Shown: one piece after another, positions 1 to 10,041 of the stretch
How the letters are laid out: each line of letters starts with the position of its first letter
Numbering within the stretch: position 1 is the first letter of the stretch
Source: a virus
Direction: 5' to 3' (one strand)
Length of the DNA stretch: 64,000 nt
IMG/VR virus record: IMGVR_UViG_3300025405_000009
Location: 96,001 to 160,000 of that record
Notes under the pieces: model-generated
What the model was told of the DNA's origin: nothing
Database searches by the model: none
The model's input: the letters and a program-made list of their open reading frames with translations, nothing else
Translations under genes and position numbers: made by a program

Positions 1-296
1 GAACGTACAAGTACAATATCTGATACTTTCTTCATATTAAGAAGCTGTAACCCAAGATACATAGAAAGAATTGTCTTAGATGTACCAGCAGGACCTTTAA
101 GGATCATTAATTTTGTATCCTTATCTAAAAAAAGATTAATTATCTCTTTTTGCTTATCTGTCCAAGGGAGTTCTTTGACATTGAGAGTAAAATCAATTTT
201 TTCTCTCTGAGCTACATATAGTGATGTGTCAGCTGGTTTTTCAACCGAACTAGCACCCGATGGTGGGGCTGTTTTCACAGCCTTCTTCTTTTTCAT
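1..296 (-). CDS. phoH: PhoH-like ATPase (N-terminal part; runs off the window)
   Basis: Manual translation MKKKKAVKT...WTDKQKEIINLFLDKDTKLMILKGPAGTSKTILSMYLGLQLL...IVLVR gives the PhoH-type Walker A GPAGTSKT. TAAATA lies 7 nt upstream on the minus strand. Confidence 0.85.
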   Translation of the reverse strand, partial: MKKKKAVKTAPPSGASSVEKPADTSLYVAQREKIDFTLNVKELPWTDKQKEIINLFLDKDTKLMILKGPAGTSKTILSMYLGLQLLNMKKVSDIVLVR

Positions 297-361
297 CTAC
301 AAATATTTAATCAATTTGAGCCTTGATTTACGTAGGTAAAGCAGTTAATATTATACTCAAT

Positions 362-1141
362 ATGATTGATATTAATACAGAGACATTATTTTTGTCTGAC
401 GATAAAGTGTTCTATACCATTGAAGGAGAAGGAGAATATGTAGGTGTTCCTTCTGTGTTTATGCGTATGTCAATGTGTAATTTAACGTGCATTGGTTTTG
501 CTTCTGAGGATTCACCGAATGGATGTGATTCATTTATTTCTTGGTCGGTAAAAAATAAAATGAAATTTGTCGAAATTTTCCAACTTATGGAAGATAATAA
601 TTATATTGAACATCTTCGTAATAGAGCTATTTTAAAACTTACAGGTGGTGAACCAATTATTCAGGAAAAGCAATTGCTTAAATTTATTGCAGCGTTTCAA
701 GAACGATATAATTTTATTCCACGTATTGATTTTGAAACAAATGCTACAATTATGCCTGATAATAAATGGCTTTCACCTTGTGATCATGTTGATGGATTAT
801 ACAGTGCAACCTTTACTACATCTCCTAAACTTCGTTCAAATGGAGATCCAGAAGATAAAACATATAAACCTGAGGTTCTTAAATGGCATGTAAGAAATAA
901 ATCTGGATTTAAGTTCGTTATTAATAAAGCAGAAGACATTAATGAAATTTGGGAAAAGTATGTAGATGATAATCGTGGTATTAATGTGACTAGAAATCGT
1001 ATTTGGTTTATGCCTTGTTGTGGTTCACGTGAAGAGCATGTTGAAAACGCTCCTGCAGTAGCTGAATATGCTAAAGCTATGCACGTTAACTTTAGTCCAC
1101 GGTTACAACTTTTGATTTGGAATAAAGCCTTGAAAGTTTAG
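362..1141 (+). CDS. queE: 7-carboxy-7-deazaguanine synthase (QueE-like radical SAM)
   Basis: TIEGEGEYVGVPSVFMRMSMCNLTC, a CDS third Cys, LTGGEP, FETNAT, SPKL and RLQLLIW. ATG at 362 preferred over the TTG at 323. Confidence 0.85.
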   Translation: MIDINTETLFLSDDKVFYTIEGEGEYVGVPSVFMRMSMCNLTCIGFASEDSPNGCDSFISWSVKNKMKFVEIFQLMEDNNYIEHLRNRAILKLTGGEPIIQEKQLLKFIAAFQERYNFIPRIDFETNATIMPDNKWLSPCDHVDGLYSATFTTSPKLRSNGDPEDKTYKPEVLKWHVRNKSGFKFVINKAEDINEIWEKYVDDNRGINVTRNRIWFMPCCGSREEHVENAPAVAEYAKAMHVNFSPRLQLLIWNKALKV

Positions 1142-1165
1142 TATAACGATACTAAATAGTACAAC

Positions 1166-1909
1166 ATGAGAATTGCAATTGTAGGATCCGCTTGTCAAGG
1201 TAAAACAACTCTTGTCAATGATATTATTAAAACTTGGCCTGCTTACAAAGCTCATGAGTCTGGATATAGAAAAACTGTAAAAGAAAACAATCTTTTAATT
1301 AATAAAGAAACAAATAAAATTACACAAGAAACTATTTTAAAATGTCTCGTTGATGATTTAAAAAATTATTCACCAGGTGATAAAGTTTTATTTGATCGCT
1401 GTCCATTAGATAATATTGTTTACTCTCTTTGGGCTGAGGAAAAGAGTACTTCAGATATTACGGGAGAATTTATTAAAGAATGTATTCCTCTTGTTCAAGA
1501 GAGTATGCATAACATAGATATTATTTTTTATTTACCAATTACAAAAGCAGCTCCAGTTATTCCTATTCCAAGGGAAAATCGAGAAGTAGATTATAATTTT
1601 ATTGCTGAAATTGATAATATTTTTAAGGCTATATCACATCAATATTATAGAACTGGAGCTTCTCCATTCTTCCCTAAAGAAGATAGACCGCCAATTATTG
1701 AAATTTTTGGTACACCTGAAGAGCGTATTGAGATGATTAGACTTTATCTTGATGATAGTGGTGATTTAGTTAATGATGAAAATAGTGTTTTAAATACAGA
1801 AAATTTAGATCTTATTGAAAAATTGTTAGCAGATCATAAAGAAATTAAAATTGAAGATGAAGAGTGGGAGAAATTTAAAGGTAATATAATTGTTCCGCCG
1901 CCTAAATAA
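1166..1909 (+). CDS. P-loop nucleotide kinase-like protein (AAA_28/NadR-type)
   Basis: N-terminal IAIVGSACQGKTT Walker A and LFDRCPLD motif. TAAATA 7 nt upstream. Confidence 0.7.
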   Translation: MRIAIVGSACQGKTTLVNDIIKTWPAYKAHESGYRKTVKENNLLINKETNKITQETILKCLVDDLKNYSPGDKVLFDRCPLDNIVYSLWAEEKSTSDITGEFIKECIPLVQESMHNIDIIFYLPITKAAPVIPIPRENREVDYNFIAEIDNIFKAISHQYYRTGASPFFPKEDRPPIIEIFGTPEERIEMIRLYLDDSGDLVNDENSVLNTENLDLIEKLLADHKEIKIEDEEWEKFKGNIIVPPPK

Positions 1910-1913
1910 TGGT

Positions 1914-2150
1914 GTGGATAGTTTTAATAAACAATTTAAATTAATTTTAGAAGATTTGGAAATGCCAAATCGTATTGATGTACGTAAGCGTATTTTTTAT
2001 CCAAAAAAACTTAGAGGTATGCTTTCAAAAGAATTTATTGAATGCTTTAAAGCTGAACGCAAACGCCTTATTGAAGATAATGGAATGAGCGCTAAACAAG
2101 TTAATCAAGGAATAGCTAAAGCGCTATTATTTTTCCATTCACGTTTTTAA
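1914..2150 (+). CDS. Hypothetical protein with capsid-targeting-like N-terminus (MDSFNKQFKLILE)
   Basis: In-frame GTG at 1914 lies 5 nt after TAAATA (1903-1908). Confidence 0.55.
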   Translation: MDSFNKQFKLILEDLEMPNRIDVRKRIFYPKKLRGMLSKEFIECFKAERKRLIEDNGMSAKQVNQGIAKALLFFHSRF

Positions 2151-3089
2151 TTACGCAATAACAGTTAAAGGTATAACTATATTTAAAATCCAATATACTG
2201 TAACATCTACAGATTGAGATACTCCAATATTAACTTCAAAAGTTAATCCATCATTTATACCTGAAGAGCTTGTGTATGTTCTAATTGTATTAGGTGTAAT
2301 TATTGGAGTAACATTATATGGTATATTAACTGTACCAGTTATAGTGCTACTATTAACTAAATTATTAAAATCAGATCCTGTCAATACATTAAGAATAGAA
2401 CTATTACTCCCCGGTTCAAAACCACCAGATAAATATGCAAGTTGGGATAATGCCGATAGTGCTGAAAGAGTGCTAGGAGATAATATTGATGTTATTAAAA
2501 CACTACTTAAAGTAGGTACAAAATCAGAAGTTAAACTTATATGAGCCGGAGTAATTTGTCCATTGGCATAACTCTGCGGCGGTGATTTAAAGAATGAATC
2601 AACAAAAATTTCAGCCGTTGTACTACCAGCCGGTATAAGAATATTTCCATACCCTTGTATTACAGTTGAAACACCATAACCTTTTAAGATACTACTAACA
2701 TAAAGTGGTATATCCTGACTATAGAGCTGTAAATAAGTAGGATCTTGTTGTACATTAGAAGTAGCGCTTAGAATAAGACCATTTTGTATTGAAAATTGAT
2801 TATAAAATCCAGTCGGTAAAGTAGTACCGGGACCGGCTGGAGTTGTAAAGTTACCTGCAGTAATAGAATTAACTAACAATGTATTCAAAATAGAACTCTT
2901 ACCGGATAAAACACCAGTTACAGTAGCATTTCCAGATACATCAGTTTTTACAACATTAAAATTATCGAATGTAATAGTCTGAGTACCGTTTGTAGTTTGT
3001 AAAACTAACAAATCAGAACCTACAGCAAGTTGTGATTTAGGGAGATTTACAATATTAACTGTATTACTATTGGTAGGTGTAATTGCCAT
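2151..3089 (-). CDS. Putative virion structural protein (Ser/Thr-rich)
   Basis: 312 aa, beta-rich S/T/N composition. N-terminal NIVNLPKSQLAVGSDLLVLQTTNGTQTITF resembles phage tail protein N-termini. TAAATA upstream. Confidence 0.55.
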   Translation of the reverse strand: MAITPTNSNTVNIVNLPKSQLAVGSDLLVLQTTNGTQTITFDNFNVVKTDVSGNATVTGVLSGKSSILNTLLVNSITAGNFTTPAGPGTTLPTGFYNQFSIQNGLILSATSNVQQDPTYLQLYSQDIPLYVSSILKGYGVSTVIQGYGNILIPAGSTTAEIFVDSFFKSPPQSYANGQITPAHISLTSDFVPTLSSVLITSILSPSTLSALSALSQLAYLSGGFEPGSNSSILNVLTGSDFNNLVNSSTITGTVNIPYNVTPIITPNTIRTYTSSSGINDGLTFEVNIGVSQSVDVTVYWILNIVIPLTVIA

Positions 3090-3124
3090 TTAAAATATTT
3101 ATGTTAAAATACATAATTACAACT

Positions 3125-3994
3125 ATGGATGCTAAAATTGGAGTAGGAATAATTACCTGTAATAGACCTCAGTATTTAAAAGGTCTTTTAGATTCTATTC
3201 CTCAAGACAGTAATATCAGTGAATTAATTGTTATTAATGATGGTACACCGTTAAGTGAGGATCTTCCATATGTTGGTAAGGATTATGATTTTAGCCATGT
3301 AGCTTGGATTCAAAATAAAGAAAATCTTGGTGTTGGTAAATCAAAAAACAAAGCTTTAAAATATCTTTTTAATAAAGGCTGTGATTATCTCTTTCTTATA
3401 GAGGACGATATGATTATCCTTGATCCTACAGTGTTTAAACAGTATATTGATGCATATAAAGTATCTGGTATTCAGCATTTTAATTATGGTCCCGGATCAC
3501 CTTTTAACCGTAAACAAACTATTAAAAACTTTGATTTACATAACCGTCATCTATTGAATCAAGATACAGAACCAAATCCAAAGCTTATACTAGATTATAA
3601 GACTTGTAAAATTGCATTATATGAGCATACTGTTGCTATGTTTTCTTTTTTTACAAGAGAGGTTATAGAAAAAGTAGGTTATATTGATGAACAATTTTAT
3701 AATGCTTGGGAACATGTAGATCATACATATTGTATTATTAAAGCAGGTTATCATCCTCCATTTTGGTGGTTTGCTGATTTAGCTAACAGTCATGAATTAC
3801 TTACAGAGGCCCCAGGTGCTATTGATAATTCATCTATTGCAAATAAATCTGAACAGTGGGAGAAAAATGTTTATGGAGGTAGAGAATTATACCTTAAAAA
3901 ACATGGTCACTATCCAAATCAACCACCTTATATTAGTGAAACACAAGTAATAGAAACAGTAAAACAAATAAAAAATGATATTAGAAGAAAATAA
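3125..3994 (+). CDS. Glycosyltransferase family 2
   Basis: IGVGIITCNRPQYL, VINDG, NLGVGKSKN, LIEDD, GYIDEQF..AWEHVD. Start at MDAKIG, 5 nt after TAATTA. Confidence 0.85.
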   Translation: MDAKIGVGIITCNRPQYLKGLLDSIPQDSNISELIVINDGTPLSEDLPYVGKDYDFSHVAWIQNKENLGVGKSKNKALKYLFNKGCDYLFLIEDDMIILDPTVFKQYIDAYKVSGIQHFNYGPGSPFNRKQTIKNFDLHNRHLLNQDTEPNPKLILDYKTCKIALYEHTVAMFSFFTREVIEKVGYIDEQFYNAWEHVDHTYCIIKAGYHPPFWWFADLANSHELLTEAPGAIDNSSIANKSEQWEKNVYGGRELYLKKHGHYPNQPPYISETQVIETVKQIKNDIRRK

Positions 3995-4562
3995 ACTCGA
4001 TAGTCAAGACGTAAGAGAGTTTGAAGAACTCTTAAAAGAATACGTTAAGATAAACCCATCAAAAATAATAGAAATCGGCTCCATGTATGGTTGGTCATTG
4101 CAGCATTTTATACACTACGGAGCTGATGAGTCTACCGTACTAGCAATTGATCTGCCTGTTAGAATGTTTGTTGGTCCTACAGATTGGAGAGTAGCTATAC
4201 AGGAAGATAATTATAAAAATGTTTGGCCTAAATGGGCAAAAGCTAAAAAGAGTAAACTTTATTTAATTCCTGATGCTTCTCAAAAAGATTCTACAGTTAA
4301 GCAAACTAAAGAAATTTTTAATAATGAACAAATTGATTTTTTATTCATTGATGGTGATCATCGCTATGAAGCCATTAAACAGGACTTTATTTTATACTCA
4401 CCTTTAGTCCGTAAAGGGGGTATTGTAGCATTTCATGATATTGGTGAACGTGAAGAAGGTGGAGGTGCTAAATTTTGGAAAGAAATAAAAAATAATTATA
4501 CACATAAAGAAATTTTAATAAATGAAAAAAAAGAAAAAGGTATAGGAGTGTTATATGTTTAA
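3975..4562 (+). CDS. Class I SAM-dependent methyltransferase (Methyltransf_24-like)
   Basis: IIEIGSMYGWS, IDFLFIDGDHRYE, LVRKGGIVAFHD. Confidence 0.85.
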   Translation: MILEENKLDSQDVREFEELLKEYVKINPSKIIEIGSMYGWSLQHFIHYGADESTVLAIDLPVRMFVGPTDWRVAIQEDNYKNVWPKWAKAKKSKLYLIPDASQKDSTVKQTKEIFNNEQIDFLFIDGDHRYEAIKQDFILYSPLVRKGGIVAFHDIGEREEGGGAKFWKEIKNNYTHKEILINEKKEKGIGVLYV

Positions 4563-5379
4563 AAAAATTGCTGTAGGTACAAATTTATTTGGTAGCAATA
4601 AAGCACAAGATTTAGCATCTGAAAGTTTAATCAAATGTAAAGCTAAATTTCCAGATAATATAGATCTGTTTAATATTCAGTTTGAAAATGGTAAAGATCT
4701 TACCGAGCATCCTGATTTTAAAACATTACGTTGTTTAAAACGAACAAGTAAGGCAGTTTGTAACGGTAAGCGTGAATTGCCTATTGTGCGCGATATGTTT
4801 GATGAATTAGCAAATCTTGGATATGATTATTTTTGTTTTGTTAATTCTGATATAATTGTTACACCTAAATTTTTTACGGAAATATTTGATAATGATCACA
4901 CCGCATACATCGGTTCAAGATTAGCTATAGAAGGTGAAATTAATGATTTAAATTTTTCAATTAAACTTAATGATCCAACATCATCGCCTGTTAGAAATAG
5001 TCATTATCAAGTTTCAGGATTTGATACATTTACAATTAATACAGAATGGTGGAATAAAAACCGTGAATTGTTTCCAGAATACGTATATGCAGTTGTGTAT
5101 TGGGATACACATTACGCTACAATTTTGCTTAAAAATACTGATACTTTTATGCAAAATAAAACACCTACCTTGTTTCATATTATACATGAAGATAGATCTT
5201 CAGCACCTGGAGTTGAATTTACTTATAATCAAAGCACATTTGCAGAAAAACATACAAAAGACTTTAATGATTGGCACCAATACTTTTTTAGTGTTTTAGT
5301 AAAAAGAGGGGAACATAATAACTTTTTATATCCTGCTATAAACGAAGTTGCATTACAAAAGATATATTTTAAACTCTAA
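4555..5379 (+). CDS. Putative glycosyltransferase-like protein
   Basis: YFCFVNSDII (DxD-like), GFDTF, WD motifs; lies inside the sugar cluster. Confidence 0.55.
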   Translation: MFKKIAVGTNLFGSNKAQDLASESLIKCKAKFPDNIDLFNIQFENGKDLTEHPDFKTLRCLKRTSKAVCNGKRELPIVRDMFDELANLGYDYFCFVNSDIIVTPKFFTEIFDNDHTAYIGSRLAIEGEINDLNFSIKLNDPTSSPVRNSHYQVSGFDTFTINTEWWNKNRELFPEYVYAVVYWDTHYATILLKNTDTFMQNKTPTLFHIIHEDRSSAPGVEFTYNQSTFAEKHTKDFNDWHQYFFSVLVKRGEHNNFLYPAINEVALQKIYFKL

Positions 5380-5382
5380 AAC

Positions 5383-6252
5383 ATGATTGTACAAACAACA
5401 ATGACAAAGAATGAATGTTTCCTTTTAAAGGAAATGTTACCTATCTGGACAAAATATGCTGATGGATTTGTATTTTATGATGATGGATCAGAAGACGATA
5501 CATTAGAATTTTTAACAGCAAATAAAGAAAAATACAATATATTACATATTTTTTCTAAAAATACAAGACATAATGTTGAAGAAGAACTTTGGATGGAGAC
5601 AGATAATAGACAAATAATCTTTGATAAAGCATACGAATATACAGGTAATATTACATGTTTAGATTCTGATGAATATTTTGATGGTCGTTGGACAAAAGAT
5701 CAGCTTGAATTATTTCTTGAGCAAAATAAAAACAATCTTTATTATCTACACTGGGCTCAATATACCGGTAAAAATGAACTTCGTGTAGATACAATGTGGA
5801 GATCAAATTTTACCGATCGTATTGGAAGTTATTCAGAAAAAACACAACACAAAAAAACTCAAATGCATTCGCTACATTTGCCAAATCCCGGTAATATTAA
5901 TAGCATTGATCCAAATAATTTATTTATAGCACATCTTCAGTGGATGGATAAACGTGCAGTTGGTGTAAAGCAATATTATTGGAAAGTTTTAAATTATGTT
6001 GATCATAAATTACACGGAGTAGAAGTATGCGGTAAAGAGGCATACGATAATTCTGTTAACAATTTTGCATGGGAATATAGTTATTTTCCATACGATCTTA
6101 AAGTACGTTTAGATGTTTTTAGTTCACAAGATATGAAACAAAATTTAAAACTTAAGACAATTGTTGAATATACAAATAAATATGATGTACCTAATTTAGG
6201 TGATTGGAATATGGGCATTTATGATTATGCTAAAAAACAAAATTTACGTTGA
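5383..6252 (+). CDS. Glycosyltransferase family 2-like protein
   Basis: TKNECFLL, ADGFVFYDDGSEDDT, CLDSDEYF. Confidence 0.75.
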   Translation: MIVQTTMTKNECFLLKEMLPIWTKYADGFVFYDDGSEDDTLEFLTANKEKYNILHIFSKNTRHNVEEELWMETDNRQIIFDKAYEYTGNITCLDSDEYFDGRWTKDQLELFLEQNKNNLYYLHWAQYTGKNELRVDTMWRSNFTDRIGSYSEKTQHKKTQMHSLHLPNPGNINSIDPNNLFIAHLQWMDKRAVGVKQYYWKVLNYVDHKLHGVEVCGKEAYDNSVNNFAWEYSYFPYDLKVRLDVFSSQDMKQNLKLKTIVEYTNKYDVPNLGDWNMGIYDYAKKQNLR

Positions 6253-6288
6253 GTTTATATAGCTATTACATTATAATAATTTTATTAT

Positions 6289-7608
6289 ATGCAAGATAAA
6301 AAAGACTTAATATTATCACTTGTTCAAGAATTAATTAACGAAGAAATTAGTAAAAAAACATGGCGTCCTGGACAGGATTGGGTTCAATATGCAGGACCTT
6401 ATTTTGATTCTAATGAATATGTAAAATCTATTGAAACCTTATTAGCGGGTTGGCTTGTCTTAGGTCAACAGGGAATTAAATTTGAAAATACCTTTCCAAA
6501 ATTACTCAATAAAGATTTTGGTATACTAACAAATAGCGGTAGTAGCTCTAATTTAATAATGATGTCAGCTCTTAAATCAAAGAGACTTTATAATCTACCA
6601 AAAGGTACAAAAGTTATTACACCTATTGCAGGTTTTCCCACTACGATAAATCCAATCTTTCAATGTGAGTTTGAACCTGCGTTTGTTGATATTGATATTG
6701 ATACATTAAATCTCAATCTTGAACAAGTTGAAAATCAAGCTAAACTCGGAGCTAAAGTAATAACATTTGCACATGTGCTCGGTAATCCACCGAACATGGA
6801 TGAACTAATGAGAATTATTAAACAATATAATTTAATTTTATTAGAAGATTGTTGTGATGCATTAGGCTCTACATATGATGACAAGCCATTAGGTAGTTTT
6901 GGTGAATTTGCAAGTTGTTCTTTCTATCCTGCACACCACATTACAATGGGTGAGGGTGGATTTATTGCTTGCAATACACATCAACAAGAAATTATTATTC
7001 GTAGTTTTAGAGAATGGGGTAGAGGTTGCTATTGTGTAGGTAAAAAAGCAGGGTTACTTAAAAATGGATCATGCGGTAATAGATTTTCAAATTGGTTGCC
7101 ATCTATTCCAGATGAAATCTTTGATCACAAATACGTATATGATGAGATTGGGTACAATCTTAAACCAATTGAAGTTCAAGCAGCAATGGGACTTGAGCAA
7201 ATGAAAAAATTACCTCTTATAACTGAAAAACGTAGACATAATCATGCTAAACTTTGTAGTATATTTAAAAAATATGAAGAGTATTTTGTTATACCAGAAG
7301 CTACAGATAAGAGTGTACCAAGCTGGTTTGCATTTGCGCTTACACTTCGCGATAAAGCACCGTTTAAACGTACAAATATAGTACAATTTTTAGAATCAAA
7401 TAAAATTCAAACTAGACCGTATTTTGCAGGCAATATAATGTTACAACCAGCTTATGAAGGTATTATGAATACAGAAGATGTCATTAAAAATTATCCAAAT
7501 GCAAGAAAAGTTACAACAGATACATTTTTTCTTGGTACAAGTCCTGTTATAACAGATGAACAATTACAATATATCGACGAGACTGTTGAAAAATTCTTTA
7601 AACAATAA
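6289..7608 (+). CDS. rfbH: RfbH/DdhC-like CDP-4-keto-6-deoxyglucose 3-dehydratase (DegT/DnrJ family)
   Basis: NSGSSSNL, GFPTTINP, HVLGNP, EDCCDALGS and SFYPAHHITMGEGG (His in place of the PLP Lys, the E1 hallmark), RSFREWGRGCYC, HKYVYDEIGYNLK. Confidence 0.9.
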   Translation: MQDKKDLILSLVQELINEEISKKTWRPGQDWVQYAGPYFDSNEYVKSIETLLAGWLVLGQQGIKFENTFPKLLNKDFGILTNSGSSSNLIMMSALKSKRLYNLPKGTKVITPIAGFPTTINPIFQCEFEPAFVDIDIDTLNLNLEQVENQAKLGAKVITFAHVLGNPPNMDELMRIIKQYNLILLEDCCDALGSTYDDKPLGSFGEFASCSFYPAHHITMGEGGFIACNTHQQEIIIRSFREWGRGCYCVGKKAGLLKNGSCGNRFSNWLPSIPDEIFDHKYVYDEIGYNLKPIEVQAAMGLEQMKKLPLITEKRRHNHAKLCSIFKKYEEYFVIPEATDKSVPSWFAFALTLRDKAPFKRTNIVQFLESNKIQTRPYFAGNIMLQPAYEGIMNTEDVIKNYPNARKVTTDTFFLGTSPVITDEQLQYIDETVEKFFKQ

Positions 7609-8273
7609 TGTCTAAAATTGATTTAACAAATATAACACTTTGGTGTCTAAACGGTGTCGATCCTGCAGCCGGCGTACGAGCACTACGTTATAGCATGAAA
7701 GATATACAATTTAAACGAAGTATATTATTTTCACATATTGAGCCTAATAATTTGACTCAAGATATTGAATTTGTAAAAATTGATAATATGGATCATAATC
7801 TTTCAAGTTATTTTTCAATGAAAGGTATTCATCCATATATTGATACTGAATATAGTCTTTCTATACATGATGACGGTTTTGTAATTAATCCTCATTTATG
7901 GGACCCTACATGGTTAGATTATGATTATATAGGTGCACCATGGGCAGTTGGACATGTTCATCGTGTTGGTAACGGTGGTTTTTGTTTAAAAAGTAAAAAA
8001 TTTATAGATATATGTCAAACAATACCGTGGAATGGTGAACATGATGACACACATACATGTATGACATATCATGATTATTTTGTTTCACAGGGTTGTAAAT
8101 TTGCACCTGTTGAAGTAGCAATGAAATTTTCACTTGAGTCAAAAATTCCAGAGTGTGAATATAATTTAGATAATTGTTTTGGTTTTCACGGAAGAGGAGA
8201 AGTTGCTTACGTCTTTCAAGACGGTGGACAGCAGTTTAAAGACAAGATTAAACTGCTTGATATTTTTAAATAA
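7608..8273 (+). CDS. DUF5672-like protein (glycan-cluster associated)
   Basis: SIHDDGFVINPHLWD..WLDYDYIGAPW..VGNGGFCLKSK, FGFHG. Confidence 0.7.
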   Translation: MSKIDLTNITLWCLNGVDPAAGVRALRYSMKDIQFKRSILFSHIEPNNLTQDIEFVKIDNMDHNLSSYFSMKGIHPYIDTEYSLSIHDDGFVINPHLWDPTWLDYDYIGAPWAVGHVHRVGNGGFCLKSKKFIDICQTIPWNGEHDDTHTCMTYHDYFVSQGCKFAPVEVAMKFSLESKIPECEYNLDNCFGFHGRGEVAYVFQDGGQQFKDKIKLLDIFK

Positions 8274-8296
8274 AAACATTACATATAGTATAATAA

Positions 8297-9268
8297 ATGG
8301 CACCAAAATTACAAATTAATTTATTTACTTGTAGTCAAAAAGCGCATCGATTGCCTTTTATGATTAGAATGATTGAAGAAATAAAACAAGCAAAACATAA
8401 AGCTAATTTTATTTTATATGTTTATGCAGAAGCTGCATCTATTAATAGTCTTAATACATATTTTACCAATAACAAACCTGGCTTTAAAGTAGGACTTATA
8501 CAGTTAAATACACCAAGTTATCAAGAAAAAATTAATATTGCACATAAAAGTGAATGTGAATATTCATGTAAATTAGATGATGATGTTTTAATGAGCAGAC
8601 ATGTTTGGGATTTTGCTTATGAAAATTTAAATAAAATTACAAAATTAAATCCAATAATAGCGCCTATATTTACAAATGGAATCCCATCTGCAGATTATTT
8701 TGTTGAAGATTTTTTAACAGGCAATGATATTAATCAAGCACATACATTTTTCTTAACCGATCCTATAGCAGATACGCAATGGGGTCTTGATTATACCGGT
8801 ATTAATCAAAAAATACAAAGTATGTCGATATGGAATGCTAAAGAATATTGGAATGCGGTTAATTTAATAGATACTAAATGGGAAACAAATAATGTTCCAT
8901 GGTATTATTTTATGGTTCGAGGTGTTCACCCTGCAAGATATTCAAAAAAATATAATATATTTATTGCAAATAAAATAATTGAAAATAAAAATAAATTTTT
9001 TGATAAGCAGGTCTATAAATTAGAAGCTAACTATGCTCCTTATTTTTGTAATAACCTCTTTATATGTAAAACACAATTCTGGCGCGATACATATAAATTA
9101 TTTAATGATGGTTGGGATGAGGGACAATTAACCCTACAAATGAGACTTGATAACTCATCACCGTTGTATATTAGAAACGGCTATGCTATTCACATGGCAT
9201 ACGGTATGACACGTGGTCAACAAGAAATTGAATCATACTATATACAAAATTTTGGACAAAAAATATGA
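8297..9268 (+). CDS. Putative glycosyltransferase-like protein
   Basis: YSCKLDDDV (DxD-like); position in the cluster. Confidence 0.5.
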   Translation: MAPKLQINLFTCSQKAHRLPFMIRMIEEIKQAKHKANFILYVYAEAASINSLNTYFTNNKPGFKVGLIQLNTPSYQEKINIAHKSECEYSCKLDDDVLMSRHVWDFAYENLNKITKLNPIIAPIFTNGIPSADYFVEDFLTGNDINQAHTFFLTDPIADTQWGLDYTGINQKIQSMSIWNAKEYWNAVNLIDTKWETNNVPWYYFMVRGVHPARYSKKYNIFIANKIIENKNKFFDKQVYKLEANYAPYFCNNLFICKTQFWRDTYKLFNDGWDEGQLTLQMRLDNSSPLYIRNGYAIHMAYGMTRGQQEIESYYIQNFGQKI

Positions 9269-10041
9269 AATATATAATTATTAAAAACAATGGAAGCTGT
9301 GGTATCTGCGGTTATATTTGGCAAGTACTACGTGCAATATACCATTATCCGGGTCGGCAGTACTACATAAATTTTAACGAAAATTGTCAGTATAATGATC
9401 CTGCGATTACACATACAGAGAATGTATGGGAGTATTATTTTAAACAACCTAATAATAATGATTACCCATCAGAAGTATTAATAGAAACTACTATAACTGA
9501 TATTATAGATGTACCAGAAAGTGAATTTCGTGATGTGTTTATGATTAATCCTACAGAGGAATATATTAAAAATCGAAGACACGAATATAATAAAATAATA
9601 AACGAAAATATTCAACTATTACCAGATATTACCGAAAAAATTAAAAATTTTACTGAAAAATACTTTACAGGTAAAAAAGTATTAGGAGTACATTTTCGTG
9701 GAACTGATCATCCTGATAAAAAAAATATATTTGATTATTTTCAAACTATTAAAGACAAAGCTGCAGCATATGATGTTATATTTTGTGCATCTGATGAAGA
9801 TCATCGATTACAGGCTCTTAAAACAGTTTTTGGAAATAAAGTCGTTTATTATAATAGTATTCGAAGCGAATCAGCAGAGCCGCTACACTATAGCAATACT
9901 CCAAAATTTAAAATTGGTGAAGATGTTATTATTGAAGCATATCTTATGTCAAAGACTGACTTTTTATTCTGTTGTGGTAATTCAAATGTTAATTATTTTG
10001 CACGTGCAATAAATCCTGAATTGCCATCACAAGCTTTATGA
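9265..10041 (+). CDS. NodZ/GT23-like fucosyltransferase-fold protein
   Basis: VLGVHFRGTDH, IFCASDED, EDVIIEAYLMSKTD..SNV. Confidence 0.75.
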   Translation: MKYIIIKNNGSCGICGYIWQVLRAIYHYPGRQYYINFNENCQYNDPAITHTENVWEYYFKQPNNNDYPSEVLIETTITDIIDVPESEFRDVFMINPTEEYIKNRRHEYNKIINENIQLLPDITEKIKNFTEKYFTGKKVLGVHFRGTDHPDKKNIFDYFQTIKDKAAAYDVIFCASDEDHRLQALKTVFGNKVVYYNSIRSESAEPLHYSNTPKFKIGEDVIIEAYLMSKTDFLFCCGNSNVNYFARAINPELPSQAL

